A stretch of 64,000 nucleotides of DNA from Candidatus Moranbacteria bacterium RIFCSPHIGHO2_01_FULL_55_24 (GCA_001786575.1 MFRW01000003.1:8469-72468); one strand, 5' to 3'. Positions 10,693 to 22,657 are shown, counted from the first letter of the stretch. The notes: a model not told the origin generated them from the letters alone. Made by a program: numbers and translations.

Positions 10693-11064
10693 TTACGATA
10701 CCATTTCCGGCATCGGAGTAAATGCCTTGGGGACGAGCTGATGCTTGTCGTCCGTCTGGAACGTCTGGTATTTGACGTCCCGATTTTCGAGCGCCAGTCT
10801 AGCGAGCTCCGAAAGCTTGATGTCCGAGATCGGATAGACCTTGTGAGGCTTGCCGGCGATGCAATCGAGATGGATCGGCTGAACGCCGTTCTGCATGAGG
10901 TTCCTGGCGATCCAGGTATGCGCGGATGAACTACAGGGCTTCACATACCATTGCGCGCGCGGCAGCGTCAGCCGATGCTGTTCATGCAGCGCCCGATTCT
11001 TGGGCTTGGCATGGTTCACCTTGGGCTTGTGCTGCGTGCGTGCAACGGCTTTCGACGATAGCAT
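10693..11064 (-). CDS. Orphan hypothetical protein
   Basis: ORF with AGGGAG SD before ATG 11064 and an upstream TTGACG -35 box. Confidence 0.5.
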   Translation of the reverse strand: MLSSKAVARTQHKPKVNHAKPKNRALHEQHRLTLPRAQWYVKPCSSSAHTWIARNLMQNGVQPIHLDCIAGKPHKVYPISDIKLSELARLALENRDVKYQTFQTDDKHQLVPKAFTPMPEMVS

Positions 11065-11158
11065 ATCGTTCTCCCTTTCGCTTTCGCTGGTTTCAGAAGG
11101 TACACAAAAACGCCATATGAGCATAGCACACATCGCTGGCACCGTCAACGCTCAAGAC

Positions 11159-12235
11159 CTATTTCCCGCTCCCTACCCCATGGCTCCGGAAAAAAACGGC
11201 TGTTCCGCGCATAAAATCCTCCCAGCGCGGACCGAACTCGTGCCTCTCCCCCGGAAATACCGTCAGCTCGATGTTTTTCCCTTGCGACTTCAAAAGATCG
11301 TATGTCTCCTGCGACCATGCGAGCGGCACGTCCTGGTCGGCCGCCCCATGGTAGATTATGACCGGTGCCGCTATGCGGTCGGCATATTTCGCGGGCGCGA
11401 TCGCATCCCAGAAATCCGGATTCTTTTCCGGCGTGCCGTATTTCGTGCTCACCTCATGAGTGACGTCCTCGCGCTCTTTCATCCACCGCTCGAAACTGTC
11501 GCGATAATCCATACTGACCGGCGCATAGAGGACATAGGCCCGGACAAGATCCGGCCGCACCACCATGATCGTCTCTGCGATGCCTCCGCCCATCGAGTGC
11601 CCCAGCATCCCGATCTCCTCTTTGTTCACCGGGAGGTCGGATGCCCGCACCGCATACACGGCATTCACCACGTCCTCCGCATATCCGAGCCGCTCCTGGA
11701 TCGGGTCATCCTCCGTCTTGGTCGAGGCCGCATGGTTTCGATAATCCGGGTGGATGACCAGGAACCCTTGGCGTGCCAGGTAGTCCTGCTCGCGCTTCAG
11801 TCCGCGGCCATTGGTATAGATATCGGTATCGATATGGCCGTGATTCAGGATAAGCACAGGCCAGCCGCCGGCAGGCGGCTCTCCCTTCGGCACAAGCATG
11901 ATCCCGGAAATGGTCAGCTCGCCGCTTTTGTAAGTGATGAAATATTTGGTATAGGCGCTATTGTTCTCGAGCACTTGCCCGCGCGTGAGATCGCGCCCAT
12001 CGAACTGCTTCCGCGCCAGGAGCTCCAGGGCGAACGGCGGCAACTCTCCGTTCTCCGCTTTCTCCGAGACCTGTTTCTCGGCTTCCTCGGAAAGCTCGCT
12101 TGGGACAACACTTTCTTCTGCGCTTTCCGAAACAGTCTTTTCGGCCGCCTGGTCATCCATCGATACCAGAAACCATACCGCGATGCCTGCCGCAGCCGCT
12201 ATCCAGATTCCCAGGATGATCCATGTCCGTTTCAT
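11159..12235 (-). CDS. Membrane-anchored alpha/beta hydrolase (S9 peptidase-like)
   Basis: N-terminal TM helix, GHSMGG nucleophile, HG..D..VP, GERHEF. Confidence 0.9.
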   Translation of the reverse strand: MKRTWIILGIWIAAAAGIAVWFLVSMDDQAAEKTVSESAEESVVPSELSEEAEKQVSEKAENGELPPFALELLARKQFDGRDLTRGQVLENNSAYTKYFITYKSGELTISGIMLVPKGEPPAGGWPVLILNHGHIDTDIYTNGRGLKREQDYLARQGFLVIHPDYRNHAASTKTEDDPIQERLGYAEDVVNAVYAVRASDLPVNKEEIGMLGHSMGGGIAETIMVVRPDLVRAYVLYAPVSMDYRDSFERWMKEREDVTHEVSTKYGTPEKNPDFWDAIAPAKYADRIAAPVIIYHGAADQDVPLAWSQETYDLLKSQGKNIELTVFPGERHEFGPRWEDFMRGTAVFFRSHGVGSGK

Positions 12236-12319
12236 AGCGATGGTTTGCAAAGAATACCTTCAGTCTTTCCAGTATACCAAGATGTGAAAACGGTTTCAAA
12301 AGACCCTATTTGACAGGGG

Positions 12320-12328
12320 TGGTATACT
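12320..12328 (+). promoter_or_regulatory. Extended -10 promoter (TGnTATACT) for putative ncRNA
   Basis: TGGTATACT ends 7 nt before the structured region begins. Confidence 0.55.
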
Positions 12329-12335
12329 GGATATG

Positions 12336-12508
12336 AAAGCCTTCAGAATGGCGGATGAAAGAGTGACGACTCTTAAACATTGGAACCCACCTGGATAAAC
12401 AGGGAAAAAATATTTTTTCCGACACTATTATTTTTGGGACCCGCCAGCAACGCTCACGCGTAGCTTGTGCGGGCTGGTCCAGACCCATCCGCCTGCATTG
12501 AGGGCTTT
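12336..12508 (+). ncRNA. Putative structured ncRNA, 6S-RNA-like (possibly circularly permuted)
   Basis: AAAGCCTTCA/TGAGGGCTTT and GGCGGATG/CATCCGCC close a ~173-nt fold; contains GGAACCCACCTG and a U-rich stretch followed by GGGACCC; no credible ORF. Confidence 0.55.
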
Positions 12509-12591
12509 TTAGTTTGCCTGAATATCTTTCCGCAACTTTTTTGGATAAAGAAAAACCTGCGCTCCGTGTTACGGAAAGCGCAGGCTTTGAG

Positions 12592-13149
12592 TCAAAACTG
12601 GTACGACATCATGACGCCGCGGCCCTTGAGCTGGATTTTCGATTCGGCGACCATCTCGCGCTGGCCCGGACCATGGTAGAGCGAGGCCTGAACGGGGACT
12701 CCCTCGAAAATATGCGAGAGCCATACCTGGTCGCTCGGGATCATTTCTTCGAACGGCAGAAGTCTCTGATCGAACCAATATCCTTCTCCCATCTCCTGCG
12801 ATTCCGGAACGGCGATCAGATCCTCTATCTCGGCCACCAGGACATGCACGTGCCATACATTCTGCAAAACGCCGGCCTCGTCAAAATTGTAGGACTTGAG
12901 GATGCCCATGCGGCAAAGCCTCTGCCATACGACTGCTGTTCCCGCACTTTCCTCCTGCCATTCGCGGAAAAAGGCTTCCGGGCAATTCTCGCCGTCTCCC
13001 ATCTTGCCGCCATAGCCGTTCCAGAGCCCTTTGCCGATCTTGTCTTTCTTCCTGGCCAAGAGCACTTTCGAGCCATGCGTCGGGAATCCGAGCACGGCAT
13101 GGTAGCTCGGTACGCTGTACTCATCGAGCACTGTCACATCAATCATCAT
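12592..13149 (-). CDS. Divergent NUDIX hydrolase (8-oxo-dGTPase-like)
   Basis: WNGYGGK..GE...EA..REWQEE Nudix box; LPFEEMIPSD..WL C-terminal motif. Confidence 0.8.
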   Translation of the reverse strand: MMIDVTVLDEYSVPSYHAVLGFPTHGSKVLLARKKDKIGKGLWNGYGGKMGDGENCPEAFFREWQEESAGTAVVWQRLCRMGILKSYNFDEAGVLQNVWHVHVLVAEIEDLIAVPESQEMGEGYWFDQRLLPFEEMIPSDQVWLSHIFEGVPVQASLYHGPGQREMVAESKIQLKGRGVMMSYQF

Positions 13150-13272
13150 TTCCTCCTATAGAATTCTCGTGTTTCGGAAAGAACATCCCTCCTAGGACTT
13201 GCCGCAAGAGTAGGGAAAAATCGGCCATCCGTCAAATGAGGGCCTGGATAAGCGAGGAAGAGGATCGGCCTT

Positions 13273-13680
13273 TCACTCGCCGCGCTCTCCGGCGACCTGG
13301 AAATTGAAGTAGACGTTCATGAAATAATTCCATAAGCCCGTCACCGTCGCCACCGCCAAGCGGGCCAAGACATAGCCGACTCCGAGCCGCTCTACCAGCA
13401 CATACATGAGGCCGGTCACCAAGAGTACCCCTACGCCGCCGATGAGCAGGAAGTTCGCGTAGGTGATCGGTGCGGATTTTTTTGTCTCGGAAAAGATGAA
13501 GCGGCGCGCCAGGAAGTGGTTCAGCGTCGTGGCTATGAGGAAAGACACGGTCGCAGAGAAAAGATAGTGCCAGCCGAAAAAGTCCGTGAGGGTATAGAGA
13601 AGCGCAAGATCGAAGAGGAGCGTGGATGCGCCAGTCAGGGAATATTTGAAGAATCGTACGATCGCCTTTCTCTCAAGCAT
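13273..13680 (-). CDS. GtrA family membrane protein
   Basis: RFFKY..G...D, 4 TM helices, WNY..N..F. Confidence 0.9.
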   Translation of the reverse strand: MLERKAIVRFFKYSLTGASTLLFDLALLYTLTDFFGWHYLFSATVSFLIATTLNHFLARRFIFSETKKSAPITYANFLLIGGVGVLLVTGLMYVLVERLGVGYVLARLAVATVTGLWNYFMNVYFNFQVAGERGE

Positions 13681-13683
13681 ACT

Positions 13684-13902
13684 TTATACGCAGTCGAACA
13701 CCTTGCTTCTGCCGCTGGCTCCGCTCCGGAGCGTGAGGCGCGACGGCGCAATGCTCAAGTGCCGTGCCAGCGCCTTGGCAATCGCTTTATTCGCCTTCCC
13801 CTCGAGGGGTGCAGCCTTCACGGAAACTTTGAAGTGCGTCTCGTCTACTTCCTCTACCCGCTCTTCGCGGGCATTCGTTTTGGCGGTGACGAACAGCTTC
13901 AT
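13684..13902 (-). CDS. DUF167 / YggU family protein
   Basis: VKAAPLEGKANKA..SG..GRSK motif. Confidence 0.9.
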   Translation of the reverse strand: MKLFVTAKTNAREERVEEVDETHFKVSVKAAPLEGKANKAIAKALARHLSIAPSRLTLRSGASGRSKVFDCV

Positions 13903-13917
13903 GCTTCTTTGCGGGAT

Positions 13918-14661
13918 TTAGCGGAGCGTCCAGCCGCCATCCACCACCAGGACCTGCCCGGTGATGTAGCTCGCCTTCTCCGAAGCGAGGAAGACCACCG
14001 CATTCGCGATATCTTCCGGCACGCCCTGCCGATTGAGCGGAATCATCGCGAGCGTCTGCTCCCGGGCCTTGGGATCCAAATTCATTTGGCTTGCCCCCGG
14101 CGTATCGATGGCCCCCGGCGCCACCGCGTTCACCGTAATCTTCCGCGGCGCGAGCTCCAGCGCGAGTCCCCGCGTCAAGCCGTTCATCCCGGCCTTGGAG
14201 GCCGAGTAGTGCACGAGACTCTGGAAGCCGATCAAGGAAGCGATGGAGGAGATACTGATGATCCTTCCCCCTTCCGACAACGCCTTGTCCGCCTCGTGCG
14301 ACATGAGGAAGATGCTCTTCAAGTTCACATCCAATACCTTGTCCCAGTCCGCCTCCTGCATATCGGCGAACGGTACGAACGGATAGATGCCGGCATTGTT
14401 GACCACGATATCCACCTTGCCGAAGGCTTCGATGGTCCGCTGGAAGAGCGCCGCCACTTCCGTTGCGGAAGACACGTCGCATCGCACCGCGAGCGCCTTC
14501 ACGCCCAATGCTTCCAGTTCGCTGACTGTTTCCTGGCAGCCGGTCTCATTCACATCCGCCACAGCCACCTGGCAGCCCTCGCGAGCCAGAGCCAGCGCGA
14601 TCCCCTTGCCGATCCCCTGCCACGCCCCCGTCACGATGGCTACTTTGTCTTGCAAAAGCAT
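13918..14661 (-). CDS. Short-chain dehydrogenase/reductase (FabG-like)
   Basis: TGAWQGIG, NNAG, YSASK, VNAVAPG. Confidence 0.92.
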   Translation of the reverse strand: MLLQDKVAIVTGAWQGIGKGIALALAREGCQVAVADVNETGCQETVSELEALGVKALAVRCDVSSATEVAALFQRTIEAFGKVDIVVNNAGIYPFVPFADMQEADWDKVLDVNLKSIFLMSHEADKALSEGGRIISISSIASLIGFQSLVHYSASKAGMNGLTRGLALELAPRKITVNAVAPGAIDTPGASQMNLDPKAREQTLAMIPLNRQGVPEDIANAVVFLASEKASYITGQVLVVDGGWTLR

Positions 14662-14750
14662 ATTTTTAGTATTAATATTTCTCCCTTTATTATACACCCA
14701 TCCGGCCATATCGGGTGCTATACTGGAAGCGTACCCGTAATATCTTACCT

Positions 14751-15023
14751 ATGGAACAATTCGAATTCACGTTTTCCCCGGAAACCGAGGAGGAAGCCAT
14801 CAAGCAGGAAAAATCACAAGAGCCGGATCTGGAATCCAAGACAGAAGAAGAGCTCTCCGCTCTCTACCAGGAAAAAGTAGGGATCAACCCGAGCCTCCGC
14901 GGCTTTGATCGGGAGACCCTGGAAGCCGGCATCAAAGACCCGGAAAAGGAAGCGGAACGCCTCCGCAACCTCGAAGCCGAGGAAAACCGTTCCGACCTCC
15001 TCACCGACTCCCGCCGCGGGTAG
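14751..15023 (+). CDS. Small acidic hypothetical protein
   Basis: ORF with host-like codon usage; downstream hairpin terminator near 15045-15072. Confidence 0.6.
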   Translation: MEQFEFTFSPETEEEAIKQEKSQEPDLESKTEEELSALYQEKVGINPSLRGFDRETLEAGIKDPEKEAERLRNLEAEENRSDLLTDSRRG

Positions 15024-15077
15024 AGGCCTCAAAAAGTGATCATAAAAATCTACCCTTTGCAGGTAGATTTTTATTTT

Positions 15078-15106
15078 TAGACTTTCTATTTATTTTCTAT
15101 TATACT
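15078..15106 (+). promoter_or_regulatory. Sigma70 promoter with palindrome TAGA-N3-TCTA over the -35 box
   Basis: TAGACT-17nt-TATACT; TAGACTTTCTA at 15078-15088. Confidence 0.55.
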
Positions 15107-15120
15107 GAAAGAAAAGAAGA

Positions 15121-16215
15121 GTGATTCAAAATAAAATTATGATCACCAAACGACAAAAAGAGGTTCTGGACTTTATCGGTAGTTATACCGACCGAAAAGG
15201 TTACGCCCCTGCCCTTGATGAAATACGTCAGAAATTCAAGCTCGCCTCTGTTTCTACCGCTCATTTTCATATCTCCAAACTGCGGGATTTAGGATATTTG
15301 GAAAAAGAAGAGAATAAACCGCGAGCGATAGCCGTGGTAGATACTTCCACAAAAAGTCTTCCCCTCATTAAAAATATTCCACTTAGAAAGGGACGACCCC
15401 CTCTCTCTTCTAAAAAATCTATAGAGGCATTCCGCGATAAAATCATCGAAGGTGACTGTTTGGATGTGATGCAGCATATCCCTTCCAAATCCATAGATAT
15501 GATCCTCTGTGATCTTCCCTATGGGACAACCCAGAATCATTGGGACAGTACCATTCCCCTGGATCAACTCTGGGATCATTATGAGAGGATCATCAAAGAC
15601 AACGGGGCTATAGTATTGACTGGTCATGGATTGTTTACAGCCCAACTCATGCTCTCAAATCCGAAACTCTTCAAATACAAGTTGACTTGGGTAAAATCAA
15701 AATCGACCAATTTCCTGAATGCCAAGAAGCAGCCGCTCCGAAAACACGAAGATGTTTGCATTTTCTACAAGAACCAGCCCGTTTACAATCCCCAGATGAG
15801 TACTGGAGAACCCTATAATAAGGGTTTCAGAAAAGACCAGCTCACCGGCAGTTATGGAGACTTCAAAACAGTAGAGGTGAAAAGCAATGGAGAGCGCTAC
15901 CCCACCGATGTCATTTATTTCAAGACTGCCGAGAGCGAAGGTGAGGTGATGCATCCGACACAAAAACCTGTCGAGCTTGGCCGTTACTTAATCCGCACTT
16001 TTACGAAAAAAGGCGGTATCGTTCTCGATAACACTTGCGGAAGCGGGAGCTTCTTGGTTTCAGCAATCCTCGAAGGACGCAGTTTCATCGGCATCGAGAA
16101 GAATGAGGAAGTATACCTTCACCGAAAAGAGCGCGTGGACTATATCGACGTCTGTAAAAAAAGAATCACCGCTGCAAGAAAACAGTTCAAAAGTCTAGAT
16201 AATTCCCTTCTTTAA
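15121..16215 (+). CDS. LexA-type DNA-binding domain fused to beta-class N6A/N4C DNA methyltransferase
   Basis: N-terminal TKRQKEVLDFI..GYAP..EI..SVSTAHFH (LexA wHTH); DLPY catalytic motif, HPTQKP, DNTCGSGS SAM motif; start may be ATG 15139. Confidence 0.9.
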   Translation: MIQNKIMITKRQKEVLDFIGSYTDRKGYAPALDEIRQKFKLASVSTAHFHISKLRDLGYLEKEENKPRAIAVVDTSTKSLPLIKNIPLRKGRPPLSSKKSIEAFRDKIIEGDCLDVMQHIPSKSIDMILCDLPYGTTQNHWDSTIPLDQLWDHYERIIKDNGAIVLTGHGLFTAQLMLSNPKLFKYKLTWVKSKSTNFLNAKKQPLRKHEDVCIFYKNQPVYNPQMSTGEPYNKGFRKDQLTGSYGDFKTVEVKSNGERYPTDVIYFKTAESEGEVMHPTQKPVELGRYLIRTFTKKGGIVLDNTCGSGSFLVSAILEGRSFIGIEKNEEVYLHRKERVDYIDVCKKRITAARKQFKSLDNSLL

Positions 16216-17129
16216 ATTCCATCAAAAAGCTCTTCCGTGAAAAGAGCTCTTGCTCGATTCATCTCTGATTCCGAAAGCTCTCCTTTCTCCTCGAGCCACT
16301 TCAGGAGATGGAAATACTGGTTCGGATGCAGGATAGGCTTTACCGTTTTTTCAAGGCCAGTTTGTTGCTTTACAAAGTCTAGATGCTTTTCAGAAAGCAC
16401 GCCTCTGCCGATAAGGTCATAAGCGATACGCATAGCATCGACAGAAGTGAGGTTCAGATCGCCTTTCCGACTCTTATCCTGTTCGACATCTGCCTGCTCT
16501 ATCGACAGAAGATCTCGTATCCCTGCCAGACCATTCAGGTTACGATTGTAGAATTCTATCTCTTGGCCGCGATACGTAAACCATGTCCTGCCCTGCTCCG
16601 TCAGCGATCCTCGAGAAAGATACACCCCCTCGCGAGCTACTCGTTCCTTAGAAACCCAGCCGCAGATATAGAGCGTCCATTTTCTCTGGCGAGAGGTACC
16701 GGGGAGCTCCCGACTACTCGGAGTCTCCAGGTGCGTCATGAGATAAATGTCCGTATCCAGATTTTCAGCATGAATTTGGCGGGCGAAAAAATTGTGCTTC
16801 GCTTCGCGCGCAATACCGTCACTACTTTCATATTCTTCCTGAAACGGCAGTGCTCCACCGCGACACTTCACATCCAGCTTCACGCCAGAGGGCAAGAGAA
16901 TATCATATCCCAGAGGATGGTCCCCTGGATTGATTTCCGACATTCCCAGCTGATTCCGGATAACCATTTCTGCCAAGGCGCCAAAGCCTTGTTCGTCCTT
17001 GCTCCCGCGTTCCGCGCCAGTCTTATTCTGATTCGCTGCAAGATATTCTGCTGCTTGCTGCCTCAAGCGGAAACCTTCTTCATCCGCAAGTTTTATAATG
17101 ATCGGCTTTGGCAGATGATAGGTATACAT
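16212..17129 (-). CDS. Putative type II restriction endonuclease (PD-(D/E)xK)
   Basis: GALAE helix and YDILL..KLDVK motif; convergent with the methyltransferase, stops overlap by 4 nt. Confidence 0.7.
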   Translation of the reverse strand: MYTYHLPKPIIIKLADEEGFRLRQQAAEYLAANQNKTGAERGSKDEQGFGALAEMVIRNQLGMSEINPGDHPLGYDILLPSGVKLDVKCRGGALPFQEEYESSDGIAREAKHNFFARQIHAENLDTDIYLMTHLETPSSRELPGTSRQRKWTLYICGWVSKERVAREGVYLSRGSLTEQGRTWFTYRGQEIEFYNRNLNGLAGIRDLLSIEQADVEQDKSRKGDLNLTSVDAMRIAYDLIGRGVLSEKHLDFVKQQTGLEKTVKPILHPNQYFHLLKWLEEKGELSESEMNRARALFTEELFDGI

Positions 17130-17204
17130 AGCACGTTCAGGAAAAGAAATTCAGAATTGATTTTCAGAATTTTCGATAAATTCTCTCTTCGCCTTTATCG
17201 GAGC

Positions 17205-17603
17205 TTAGTGCGTATCGTCCGCCTTGGTGGCGTGGATGGTGCCGGGAGCGTGCTCTGGCGGGGCGTAGATGGTGTAGAGCTTGAGCGCTTCGCTTCCCGT
17301 GTTTATCACGTTGTGCTCCGTACCGGCCGGTACGATAGCGGCATCGCCGTCTTTGAGGACGGTTTCCTCCCCATCCATGATTATCTTGCACTCGCCTTCC
17401 TCGATCCGGAAGAACTGATCATGGGTATCATGTGCCTCCAAGCCGATCTCTTCGCCCGGCTGGAGCGCCATGACAACCAGCTGCATATTCGGCCCGGTAT
17501 AGATGACTTCGCGATAATTCGCGTTGTCCTCGGTGATTTTCTCTATATTGCCTGTGTAGCCTTTCATACGTTTGACGTTATGAATTACGCCTCCAGTATA
17601 CAC
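17205..17603 (-). CDS. Cupin domain protein
   Basis: GEEIGLEAH..HDQFF, VPAGTEHNVIN, YAPPEH. Confidence 0.9.
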   Translation of the reverse strand: MYTGGVIHNVKRMKGYTGNIEKITEDNANYREVIYTGPNMQLVVMALQPGEEIGLEAHDTHDQFFRIEEGECKIIMDGEETVLKDGDAAIVPAGTEHNVINTGSEALKLYTIYAPPEHAPGTIHATKADDTH

Positions 17604-17652
17604 CGAAAATCTCTTGAGGGCTTGCGGCTGTTGGAATACCCTTTTTTGCCCT

Positions 17653-18231
17653 TCAGACGAGCTTCAGTTTCTTGCGGCGTTCCCGGTAATCCGGAATAGT
17701 CTTCCCCATCAGGCTCCAGAACTTGGGCGAATGGTTGAACTCCTCCAGATGGCAGAGCTCGTGGACGATGATGTAATCGGCAAGCTCCGGCGGCAGGAAG
17801 GCGATCCGATAGTTGAAGTTCACATTCCCCTTCTTGGAGCAGCTCCCCCAGCGGCTCTTCTGGTCGCGGATCGTCACCCGATTCCAGGAGAACCCGTAGC
17901 TCCGGTTGAAATGCTCGAGGCGGGCCGCTGCCAGAACGGAGGCCTCTTCCCTGACTGCCAGGAAATCAGTCCGCGTGCCGCTCGCCAGGATGCTCTTGGG
18001 CATGGCGTCGACCTTCTGTTTGGTGTGATAGATCCACTCGGCCCGGGATTGGACGAAGGCTATGAGCACGCTTTCGCGCGCGGTCTTGGGGGCCGAGAGG
18101 ACCAGGCGCCCGTCGGCGAAGAATTGGAGACGCAAAGCCCGAGCCCCATGGCGGCGGCGCACGGCATAGGCGAAGCTGTTCCCGTCGGGGAGGTAGACTG
18201 TCGGGATGCGTCTGTCTTTGCGGAGCGGCAT
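17653..18231 (-). CDS. YgjP/SprT-like zinc metalloprotein
   Basis: RWGSCS, YIIVHELCHL, NHSPKFW. Confidence 0.9.
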   Translation of the reverse strand: MPLRKDRRIPTVYLPDGNSFAYAVRRRHGARALRLQFFADGRLVLSAPKTARESVLIAFVQSRAEWIYHTKQKVDAMPKSILASGTRTDFLAVREEASVLAAARLEHFNRSYGFSWNRVTIRDQKSRWGSCSKKGNVNFNYRIAFLPPELADYIIVHELCHLEEFNHSPKFWSLMGKTIPDYRERRKKLKLV

Positions 18232-18329
18232 ACGGAAGAAGATGAATGAGCCCCACTAGGATAGCAGAGATTCGACCCTTGTTACAGAGAAAAATGGACG
18301 CGCCGCGGAAAATTCCGTAGACTGGACAT

Positions 18330-18881
18330 ATGAAGCAAGACAAACAGAGCCAGCCTGCCCGGGAAGCCGGAGGGTCGAACTTGGAAAATATAGCCATCGG
18401 CGCCACCCGCTACATCGGGTCCCTCCCCTCTCTCATCCTCCACACCTTCTTCTTCGTGGGGATTTTTTCGCTTTCCGTTTTCGGTTTCACCTTCGACCAG
18501 ATCATGCTCATCCTGACGACAGCGGTCTCGCTCGAGGCTATCTACCTCTCGATCTTCATCCAGATGACCGTCAATCGCCAGAGCGAGCAGATCGCGGAAG
18601 TGAGCGAGGACGTGGAAGAGATTTCGGAAGATGTCGAAGAGATCTCGAAGGACATCGATGATATCCAGGAAGACGTCGAGGGCATCTCCGAGGACGTGGA
18701 AGAGATCTCGAAGGACATCGACGGCATCCAGGAAGACGTGGAAGAGATTTCGGAAGAAATAGAGGAAGAGGAGCGCGAAGAGGCCGCCGAACACGCCAAG
18801 GGCGTAGAGAAGATAGAGAGGCTCGAAGGCATTCTCGCCGAGCTCCTCCAGGAAGTGAAGACGCTCAAAGGGAAGAAATGA
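18330..18881 (+). CDS. DUF1003-like membrane protein with acidic coiled-coil repeats
   Basis: Two TM helices, VSLEAIYLSIFIQM motif, heptad repeats. Confidence 0.8.
   Translation: MKQDKQSQPAREAGGSNLENIAIGATRYIGSLPSLILHTFFFVGIFSLSVFGFTFDQIMLILTTAVSLEAIYLSIFIQMTVNRQSEQIAEVSEDVEEISEDVEEISKDIDDIQEDVEGISEDVEEISKDIDGIQEDVEEISEEIEEEEREEAAEHAKGVEKIERLEGILAELLQEVKTLKGKK
18598..18765 (+). repeat. Imperfect 21-bp tandem repeat (63-bp higher-order unit) encoding EEISEDV/DDIQEDV heptads
   Basis: GACGTGGAAGAGATTTCGGAAGA and GAAGAGATCTCGAAGGACATCGA each occur twice. Confidence 0.85.
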
Positions 18882-18950
18882 ACGAAGCTGCGAATATGAA
18901 AAGGGCTCTCCGACGATATCGGGGAGCCCTTTATGGCATGAACAAGGCAT

Positions 18951-19331
18951 TCATGTGATGAATCTCGCATAGATGTTCCGCTTCGGATCGATCCTGATGT
19001 GCAGGATTTCTCCCCCGCAGAGATCCACATCGCGTTCGAGCAGGATGACGCCGGTCTCGAGCACGAACCAGAGATCCGTCCGGCACGTCAGCTCTTCTTT
19101 GTTCACGCGGAGCAGTCTGATCTGCCCCGGGAGCAGACCTGTCGGCATCCACATGTTTACAACGGAAATCATCTCATCATCCGGAGGCATGTCGGAAACC
19201 GCCAGTATGGCTTCGGAGGTTTCGTTCATGATATGGATCGTATTCTGGAACGGCGGTTCCTCTGCCGCCGCGGACGAGGTAAAGAGAATCCAGGCGAGAG
19301 AAAGTACGAGAAACTTGCTAAAAAAGGACAT
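18951..19331 (-). CDS. Secreted hypothetical protein
   Basis: Signal peptide; C.xDL..L.TG.IL..D.DLC motif shared with the next gene. Confidence 0.65.
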   Translation of the reverse strand: MSFFSKFLVLSLAWILFTSSAAAEEPPFQNTIHIMNETSEAILAVSDMPPDDEMISVVNMWMPTGLLPGQIRLLRVNKEELTCRTDLWFVLETGVILLERDVDLCGGEILHIRIDPKRNIYARFIT

Positions 19332-19397
19332 GGTTCACCCCTCTTCCCTTTGGACATTTCCAAATTGCTTTGAATATAGCTCTTGGGGAAGCAGGCG

Positions 19398-19871
19398 TCA
19401 AACAAAAAAAGAAAAGGCCCACTGGTAGGCCTTTTTTGAGGAATGTATGGATTTTCTTTCCTTTCTTTCCTTTATATTCTTCATTTCCTTGACCACTGGC
19501 TCGGTTAGGATTCCCTTTGCGAATATCTTGATTTTGACCAGTTTGTCCGATTGCTCACAGATATTGATATAGTCCCGGAAAATGATCTCACCGCTGTCCA
19601 GCATTGCGAGCAGATCCACAGTACACTTCACGGGATCATCTACAAAGACCATTGTCCTGCTCTCGCCATTCCGTAATGGATCATTCGTGAAGACAGATGT
19701 GACCGACCCCTTTCTCTTCTTGCGGTCGAGTACCGAAAATATGGCGGTTTTTCCGGAAACATTCGTGACAATGAAATCGCGCACGACGCCCTTCTCTTCT
19801 TTTTGCAGAGGCGCCGAACCGCATGGCCCCAGAAAGAACAATACCAGAACAAGAAAAAGTATTTTTCTCAT
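19398..19871 (-). CDS. Secreted/lipoprotein-like hypothetical protein, probable paralog of the preceding gene
   Basis: Signal peptide; CTVDLLAMLDSGEIIFRDYINIC; GGAGG SD. Confidence 0.65.
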   Translation of the reverse strand: MRKILFLVLVLFFLGPCGSAPLQKEEKGVVRDFIVTNVSGKTAIFSVLDRKKRKGSVTSVFTNDPLRNGESRTMVFVDDPVKCTVDLLAMLDSGEIIFRDYINICEQSDKLVKIKIFAKGILTEPVVKEMKNIKERKERKSIHSSKKAYQWAFSFFV

Positions 19872-19945
19872 TTCCCTCCTCCTGTCGCTGAAAGAACTCT
19901 TGATACGGGAAAGAGTAATCCTTTTCTCCGGGAAAGTCAAAATTC

Positions 19946-22606
<2,661 letters not shown>

Positions 22607-22657
22607 AAAAGTTCCTTATTCTACCACGAAAAACGCTTCCTATCAAGAGAGTCCCGG

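Noticed and set aside
12306-12488. 60-aa minus-strand ORF over the putative ncRNA
   Set aside because: No motif or SD; the region is better explained by a plus-strand promoter and end-pairing
17653-18231. YgjP-like gene as part of the R-M module
   Set aside because: Host-like GC and separated from it by a cupin gene; no evidence of linkage
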